A program made the translations under genes and the position numbers. Of a DNA stretch of 64,000 nt, positions 56,876-64,000 are shown one piece after another. Origin of the DNA: Eledone cirrhosa (taxonomy: Eukaryota); assembly GCA_964016885.1 (NCBI GenBank), contig OZ024741.1, forward strand, positions 285,386,001 through 285,450,000, given 5' to 3'. The stretch's first letter is position 1; each line of letters begins with the position of its first letter. The notes under the pieces are model-generated. The model had not been told where the DNA came from. It worked only from the letters and a program-made list of their open reading frames with translations, and ran no database searches.

Positions 56876-57310
56876 AGAACACAATAGACCTGACCTGGTG
56901 GTTGTGGACAAAGAAAAAAGATCGTGCCTGATTGTGGATGTGGCCTGCCCATTCGACACGAGAGTGCAAGAGAAGGAGAGGGAGAACATTAACCGATACC
57001 AGGACTTAAAGTGGGAGGTAAAAAGGATTTGGAACTGCCATGAAGTCAACGTGATCCCGATTGTCATAGGCGCACTAGGGACTATCTCAAAAAGTTTCCA
57101 GGGATGGTTAAAGAAAATTGGCCCCTTCACGCTTTTTGGAACGCTTCAAAAGGATGCTTGCTAGGAACAGCAAGAACCCTCCGATGCGTCCTGAATATCT
57201 GAGGCTGCAGGTAGTGGCTTGATATTCATTTCAACAAACTTTCCAGTTAACTAACATCAATGACTGAGACTCAAAGAGTAATAACAACAGTAATACTAAT
57301 AATAATAATG
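56876..57310 (+). mobile_element. R4/Dong-type RLE 3' fragment in (TAA)n
   Basis: EHNRPDLVVVDKEKRSCLIVDVACPFD..IVIGALG. Same 3' UTR as 14280-14345, with TAA repeats on both sides. Confidence 0.87.
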
Positions 57311-57314
57311 ATTC

Positions 57315-57418
57315 CTGATTTAGGCACAAGGCCAGCAATTTTGGGGGATTGGAAAGTCGATCTAAATCGTGACTGGTACTTTTATTTTAACGAACCCGTA
57401 AGGATGAAAGGCAAAGCT
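57315..57418 (-). mobile_element. SINE 3' part
   Basis: GGCACAAGGCCAGCAA..GTAAGGATGAAAGGCAAAG. Confidence 0.7.
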
Positions 57419-57573
57419 ATACAACAATAACAATTCAGAAAACAATCACTTACGATATTCAGCCATAAATTTGATGCGAGATTCTGATTTTTCTCATCCT
57501 GCAAAACAAAGATAAAAGTAAGCCAAAATAAATACATGTGGAAAATATTACGTCAGTGATAGCTCCTGATCCA

Positions 57574-57799
57574 TACATAAGGGTTTGTGATGAAAAGTTC
57601 CAGGCTTGCGTTAAAGGAATATACCGGAGGTCAATTAATTCTGATTTTATTCAATATATTCCCCTCCCAGATTCACACACGTATTGCTAGGGTCCTTGAG
57701 CTTTTCTAAGCCCTGTAAAAAGAACTCGGAAAGTCTGGATTCCAACCAGGTTTCAGAAATACCATTAAAACCAGGAACTTTTCAGCAACCCCTCGTGTA
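57574..57799. mobile_element. Mariner-derived MITE
   Basis: Imperfect TIRs ..TGAAAAGTTCCAGG / CCAGGAACTTTTTCAGCAACCCCTCG. The minus strand retains a mariner-like C-terminus CVNLGGEYIE*. Confidence 0.7.
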
Positions 57800-58636
57800 T
57801 ATAAATCTAATAATAACACATCAAATCACACACAACTACACCGACATTTCTCTCACTCTCATTAACAGTGTCACTCTCATATATTTATGTATGTTACTTT
57901 TGCTGTTATCATGTTCAATCTTATTTCTATTTATACTACGAATATGTATACCATTTCCTCCCTTAAGGGATGCACCGTCACGCGATGCTGATTTCGGCCA
58001 AGGACCTGTGTGACTATTACAAACAAAACAGCACTTTATGACCTTGGTTGAAGACATTAAACTAAAGGTTTAGGGCGGGTGGGTGGTATCCTGTAATTAA
58101 TATCTTCACATATCAACACTTGGCAAGAATGTGTCACTGTCAAACTTGCAAACCGGCTTGGCCTCACCTACTAAATTCATTGTCTGCTGTCTTGAGCATA
58201 CAGAGGCTGTTTGGCGAAGTGATAGAATCAGGAGCCGGGCCACCTCCTTATCAATAATTTGTTTATATTTTGCTTTCACTATTTAACTAAAGATTTTATA
58301 TTCATAACATCTGATAACGTCACTGATTGTCTTGCGTCATGACCTGATGACGCAAGCCGGCCACAGACATATATATTATGCAAATAATCAACAATAAAGG
58401 AGGGTATTGGAATTCGACCATCTCATATTTTCACTGAAGCATATATGGATGTATATATATATATATACGGGATAACAGGTTATCATTATGGCAGTCCACT
58501 TAGATGTATTCCAGTTGGAGTAGTTCTTGTAGTGGATAGAATTAACGTGTGGCTTAGTTTGACTCAACAAACGTTTCCATATTAATACTGCGAGTTCGCG
58601 GTGATTTTTATGTAGTTTATTTTTATGGAGTAATAA

Positions 58637-58861
58637 TAATTCAAGAAAGAAGATTAGCATGGTTCGCTATACAATAAGGGCTTTATTCACATTGCTGACA
58701 ATTGTTTCTTTGAACTGGCAGGTCTAGAATTCACTATACGCCTGATTTTAAGCCACTCGAGTGGCGCAAAATCAGGCGTATAGCGAACTCTAGACCTGCC
58801 AGTTCAAAGAAACAATTGTCAGCAATGTGAATAAACCCCTTGTCAATCTTCTTTCTTGAAT

Positions 58862-58863
<2 letters not shown>
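58637..58863. repeat. Spacer-less fold-back palindrome of a pLTR, with hammerhead 3' half
   Basis: Centre GCCACTCGAGTGGC at 58752-58765. GAAA-CAATTG-TC lies at 58809-58820, and the right arm ends in (TA)n. Confidence 0.8.
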
Positions 58864-58942
<79 letters not shown>

Positions 58943-58966
58943 ATATATATATATATATCTATCTAT

Positions 58967-59175
58967 CTAAGGCGGGTAAAATTCCCGAGATCCATGGACG
59001 AGTTCTCTCCAGCGGTCTCTGTCCCTCATTATCGCTGCCATATCCTGCATCTCCAACAGACCAGTGTCTGTCCTTAGGGCATCAACATATGTTAACCTTG
59101 GTCTTCCTCTTCTAGTGTGTCCATGTAGGGGCTCCCAAAGGAGCACTGAGTGCAATGTCACCGACATCCAGAGTT
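58967..59175 (-). mobile_element. RTE/RTE-X LINE 3' fragment
   Basis: VLLWEPLHGHTRRGRPRLTYVDALRTDTG..MRDRDRWRELV, with a short (TAGA)n tail. Confidence 0.8.
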
Positions 59176-59197
59176 GACATATATATATATATATATA

Positions 59198-59587
<390 letters not shown>

Positions 59588-59670
59588 TATATATATATAT
59601 ATAAATATACGTGGGAAAGTAAAAAAGTAAAAAATCAGAGAATAGACCGTTAAAACATGTTTATTTAAAA

Positions 59671-59715
59671 TATCACCTACGTACGTTTCGCCCAGTTGGG
59701 CTTCTCAAGGGCATA
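59671..59715 (-). ncRNA. Hammerhead variant (U3-A8 core), sense to the GIY-YIG ORF
   Basis: Reverse complement of 61152-61196. Confidence 0.78.
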
Positions 59716-60010
59716 AATAATCACAAGTGTTCCTTATATAGTTCGGAAAGAGTTTTGGGGGTTAAATCTACATCAAGATTCATTGCTCGCAAAAATATCT
59801 TGTTTTGATTTTGCAGCAGGTCAAGGGAGGTAACTCTGGCCGGTGTTAGGGCAGTCTTTCCCGGATAATTTTTTTTTTTTTTTTTTTTTTTGCCGCATCC
59901 GTTTGTCTGAGGCTGGGTCTGGTATGCAAGGATTGTTTTCTGGGTGTTATTTTGCTGCGCCCGCCCGCCGGGGTGTTAAGATTTGTTGCAGGGAGATCCA
60001 GTGTACTATT

Positions 60011-60712
60011 TCACTCTTCATTCTTAACCCATCTAAAGAAGGATATTTTTAAGCGATGTGTACAACTTATCGCTGTTTTAGCTCTGCTGTTGATGAGCTC
60101 GTGGGGTGCAGTTATGATGTGGTAGAGCTCCATGAGGCAAAGATCGCATTTCCTCTTGAAGTTGTACGGTGCAGCCCTGCCGACAATCTCCCAGTGCGTG
60201 GAGAAGCTGATGTTTAAGTCCTTTAGTGATGTGATGTAGTCCGCGAGCGAAGTGGAGTGCCTTAGTTTTCTATTTGTGAAAGAGTGGAGATGTGTTCGAA
60301 ACCTAATTTTGAACGGGCCGGAGGTGGCCCCTATATAATGTTTAACGCTATTGTGGCTAGTAATAGTGCATCTATATATAACCCTATCAGTCAAGCAGTA
60401 TCCTCTAAGGAGGCAGCGTCCTCTGTCGCGGTTCCGTCTATTTCCCACGGTAAGGCTATCATTGTTGCTGCCTACGTTGTTACCTACGCTACCGCAGCTG
60501 TCGTTAGCACAATTACAACCCACAGCACGCGGGATGGTGCGATTGTTATTCCGCACGTCATGTTCTGCATGTTCCCCAGTCACTTCGCGGTCATTCTGGT
60601 TGCGTCTGCGGATGCCGTTGCCAACACTATTGGATGCTGTCAGGGAGTTGTTAAGTCCGATATAGTTATTGTCAGGTGTAGGTGCGTCTGTGTCGAGGTG
60701 CTGTGTCTTGGT
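60011..60712 (-). CDS. PLE GIY-YIG endonuclease C-terminal fragment (Hydra-clade-like)
   Basis: CNC..CLLRGYCL..VIY..HYIGATS.PFKIRF.TH..SF..TSLADYI..LK..WEIV..CDLCLME..LINSR..CTHR. Confidence 0.85.
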   Translation of the reverse strand, partial: TKTQHLDTDAPTPDNNYIGLNNSLTASNSVGNGIRRRNQNDREVTGEHAEHDVRNNNRTIPRAVGCNCANDSCGSVGNNVGSNNDSLTVGNRRNRDRGRCLLRGYCLTDRVIYRCTITSHNSVKHYIGATSGPFKIRFRTHLHSFTNRKLRHSTSLADYITSLKDLNISFSTHWEIVGRAAPYNFKRKCDLCLMELYHIITAPHELINSRAKTAISCTHRLKISFFRWVKNEE

Positions 60713-61151
60713 GATCTTACTGTGGTTCGTAACTGATCTTACTGTGGTTCATAACTGCACCCCACGAGCTCATCAACAGCATAGCTGAAACAGCGATAAG
60801 TTGTACACATCGCTTAAAAATATCCTTCTTTAGATGGGTTAAGAATGAAGAGTGAAATAGTACACTGGATCTCCCTGCAACAAGTCTTAACACCCCGGCG
60901 GGCAGGCGCAGCAAAATAACACCCAGAAAACAATCCTTGCATACCAGACCCAGCCTCAGACAAACGGATGCGGCAAAAAAAAAAAAAAAAAAAAAAAATT
61001 ATCCGGGAAAGACTGCCCTAACACCGGCCAGAGTTACCTCCCTTGACCTGCTGCAAAATCAAAACAAGATATTTTTGCGAGCAATGAATCTTGATGTAGA
61101 TTTAACCCCCAAAACTCTTTCCGAACTATATAAGGAACACTTGTGATTATT

Positions 61152-61196
61152 TATGCCCTTGAGAAGCCCAACTGGGCGAAACGTACGTAGGTGATA
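61152..61196 (+). ncRNA. Hammerhead variant (U3-A8 core) in the inverted pLTR
   Basis: CC-TTGAGAA (61159-61165), GCCC-AACT-GGGC, GAAA (61178-61181), CGTACG, TA, GG. Confidence 0.78.
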
Positions 61197-61404
61197 TTTT
61201 AAATAAACATGTTTTAACGGTCTATTCTCCGATTTTTTACTTTCCCACGTGCTTACGCTCTGCTAACTCTCTAGCCCACTAAATATTAACACTTCGAATA
61301 TTTAATACTGCCGGCACTAGTATCGAGCACCTTTGGCATATGCTACTTGGCATATAACTATATGTATCACCTATCCCTCCTTTTTCTCTTTCTCGATACG
61401 TAAA

Positions 61405-61461
<57 letters not shown>

Positions 61462-61501
61462 TAGAAATTTATATATATATATATATATATATATACATGT
61501 G

Positions 61502-61553
<52 letters not shown>

Positions 61554-61576
61554 TACATGTGTATATATATATATAC

Positions 61577-61746
<170 letters not shown>

Positions 61747-62619
61747 CCAGGAATACTCGTTGAAATTGTAATATGTTTGAAGGTTATAGTTTCAAAAGTA
61801 TTAATGGGATTGTTTATTGGTATTTGACTCAATTATCATATTATGTTTTAGCTCTGATATCTTTATATATATATATAAATTATATAAATCAGAATTATTA
61901 GATGATATATATTCTACAGAATTTAACATCACCTTGAGAATCTGATTGCGTCACCATAAAATATATACGTCCAGGCCACAAAATCGTTAGTGTCTTTGAG
62001 ACAGATATGATAGAGACACTATAATTATTTGTGGTTGACTTTTTAAGTATAGGTTTAGAATTAATATCCTTCAAATTATTATGGTTGTCTGTCTAGGTTA
62101 ATAAAATTATTATAGGGGTGTCGAACAAAATATCTAGTGATACGGAGTTACGTCCTTTTAGCTTCATCGATCAAATCCTGAAATGGTCAAGATTGCTTAT
62201 CATAATTTATGGGTGTATAAATTAGGCATTCGTTAAATTATTGAGTAGATTTAATTGTATGCGCTCCCGCTTATAAAGTGTATGTTTATGAGCCTAGGAT
62301 AGAAAATATTTTTGCTATCATCAAAGTATGCAAATGTTTATTGAAATGGGCGCTATACATAAAGCACACAGAATAAGTTTCTATTCACATATATTTTCTT
62401 ATGAAAAAAAGAAAGGAAAAAAATGCAGATATCCTGAAAGTAATTATATTTTATTTAAAAGGTATTACAGTAAGTAGTTAAATGAAAATTAGTCGACGTT
62501 AAAATATTCATTTCTAGCAATTTTCGATTGTGCTAATATGATTTCGATTAATGTACAAATTTGTTTGCCTTTTTCAACGTCTAACGTTATAACTATGTCT
62601 CTCCCTCGCTTGACATGGA

Positions 62620-62661
62620 TATCTATCTATCTATCTATTTATCAGTCTATCTCTCTGTCTG

Positions 62662-62721
<60 letters not shown>

Positions 62722-63224
62722 AGGAGAGGCGGATTTCCTCTGCCTGGTGGCTATGGCGAAAGAGGTAATATGGTGGACGAGGTTAAAAGGACTGAGGGCA
62801 AACACCTTTCTCTCCAGACAACAACTTATCCCCTTCTTTAAGTATCACTTCAGAAGGAAGGTGAGAGTAGAGAGAGAGGTGCTACACCCCAGTAAATTCG
62901 CTGAAAGGTGGGTGAATGTTGCAAAAATGGCCCGAGTGAATGGGCCTTCTCTGTTTATAAACCTGTAGGTTGAGGAAGATAAACAGAGGGAAGACAGGAA
63001 CACCTACGAAACGTGTTCCTGGTGTTGAGGGTTGTTCTATCCACGGGGTGTAAAACAACCCTGCAGTAACGTTCCCCCCTATTGGGGATTTCAATTGTTA
63101 TTTTATTATATATAGTTTATTATTATTTAATAATGTTAAAGTTATTTTTATGTAAAACCCCGCCGTCACGTCTTGTAATGTCCCATTTTTGTACGCCTCT
63201 GCAGCAAATAAAGAAAGATATCTT

Positions 63225-63268
<44 letters not shown>

Positions 63269-64000
63269 AAGGACTGAGGGCAAACACCAGGGTTGTTCTA
63301 TCCACATGGTGTAAAACAACCCCGCAGTAACGTTCCCCCTATTGGGGATTTCGATTGTTTTATTTTGTATATATTTTATTGTTATCCATTATTATTGTTA
63401 AATTTTTATGTAAAACCTCCGCCGTGATGTCTTGTAATGTCCCATTTTTGTACGCCCTTGTGGCAAATAAAGAAATCTGTCTATCTATTTATCTATCAGT
63501 TTGTCTTTCCCGCAGCTCGTCTGGCTGACGGAGCTGCGAAAACGATGGGCGCCTGGCACATTGAATGCGCTCAGGCGCTCACAGTCCTCTGGCAAGCGGG
63601 CACAGCAATCAGTGGAAACTCCACTTCGACATTCTATAGAGGGATTTACGTTACAAGGGCGACGACGTGCTCGGAGAGACTCTGGGCGTCGAAGACGATG
63701 AGCTCACCAGTCTGTATGGTAGGACTTTCCACCCGTGACCTATGGACGACATCCAGAGGTCCCTGGCCTGGCAGTGCTACCGAGGCGCTCTACCAGTTCG
63801 AGACAAGATCTACAGGCACGGACGCCCCGGCAGGGATCCTTCCAAGAGGACGTGTCCAAGATGCGCGCAGGACATTGAAACCGTCCTGCACGCAATTGTA
63901 CACTGCCCGGGCGTAAGCGACCTGTGGAACTATGCAGAACAACTGCTGTTGCGTATGGGACAAATCCAGTTGACTGCCGAGTACATAGTAAGGATCAAAC
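62620..64000 (+). mobile_element. Stack of three Tx1-type fragments separated by (TATC)n (62721-63218, 63268-63475, 63498-end)
   Basis: MAKEVIWWTRLKGL..., a repeated 3' UTR and WHIECAQAL.... Each piece starts right after a TATC tract. Confidence 0.88.

Larger units (their letters stand above)
59609..61407 (-). mobile_element. 5'-truncated PLE of a second lineage with inverted pLTR (arms 59609-60117 / 60749-61250) plus extension
   Basis: ~505-bp inverted arms, a GIY-YIG ORF on the minus strand, hammerheads in both arms and (TA)n at both ends. Confidence 0.9.

Noticed and set aside
55210-56952. 580-aa ORF as one intact gene
   Set aside because: The first ~28 codons come from the antisense of the adjacent R4/Dong fragment; the Tx1 copy is 5' truncated at 56868.
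58344-58372. CTGATGA as another hammerhead (similar isolated cores near 24296 and 43451)
   Set aside because: No stem II followed by GAAA and UH with a closing stem I.

Overview
AT-rich, microsatellite-dense eukaryotic DNA. It is probably from an octopod cephalopod, inferred from the abundant tRNA-derived Deu/Nin-type SINE and the repeat landscape, and not verified. I found no convincing host gene. The window is a nest of retroelements: a long open Penelope-like element (PLE) RT+GIY-YIG ORF entering from the left edge, a second PLE lineage with an inverted pLTR, a near full-length Tx1/L1-type LINE plus about 10 fragments, a decayed RTE LINE with three C-terminal C2H2 fingers, R4/Dong-type RLE fragments, SINEs and Tc1/mariner MITEs. 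The ORF track misses the main signal: about 14 type-I hammerhead ribozyme motifs (intact, variant or decayed) from many unrelated small non-coding elements sitting in (TA)n tracts. They occur as fold-back inverted repeats, solo pLTRs, and one complete ~3 kb retrozyme-like element with two direct hammerhead-bearing pLTRs. Many of these families also share a short downstream motif (NRTYGAGYRC). All structures were folded and aligned by eye; boundaries are approximate.
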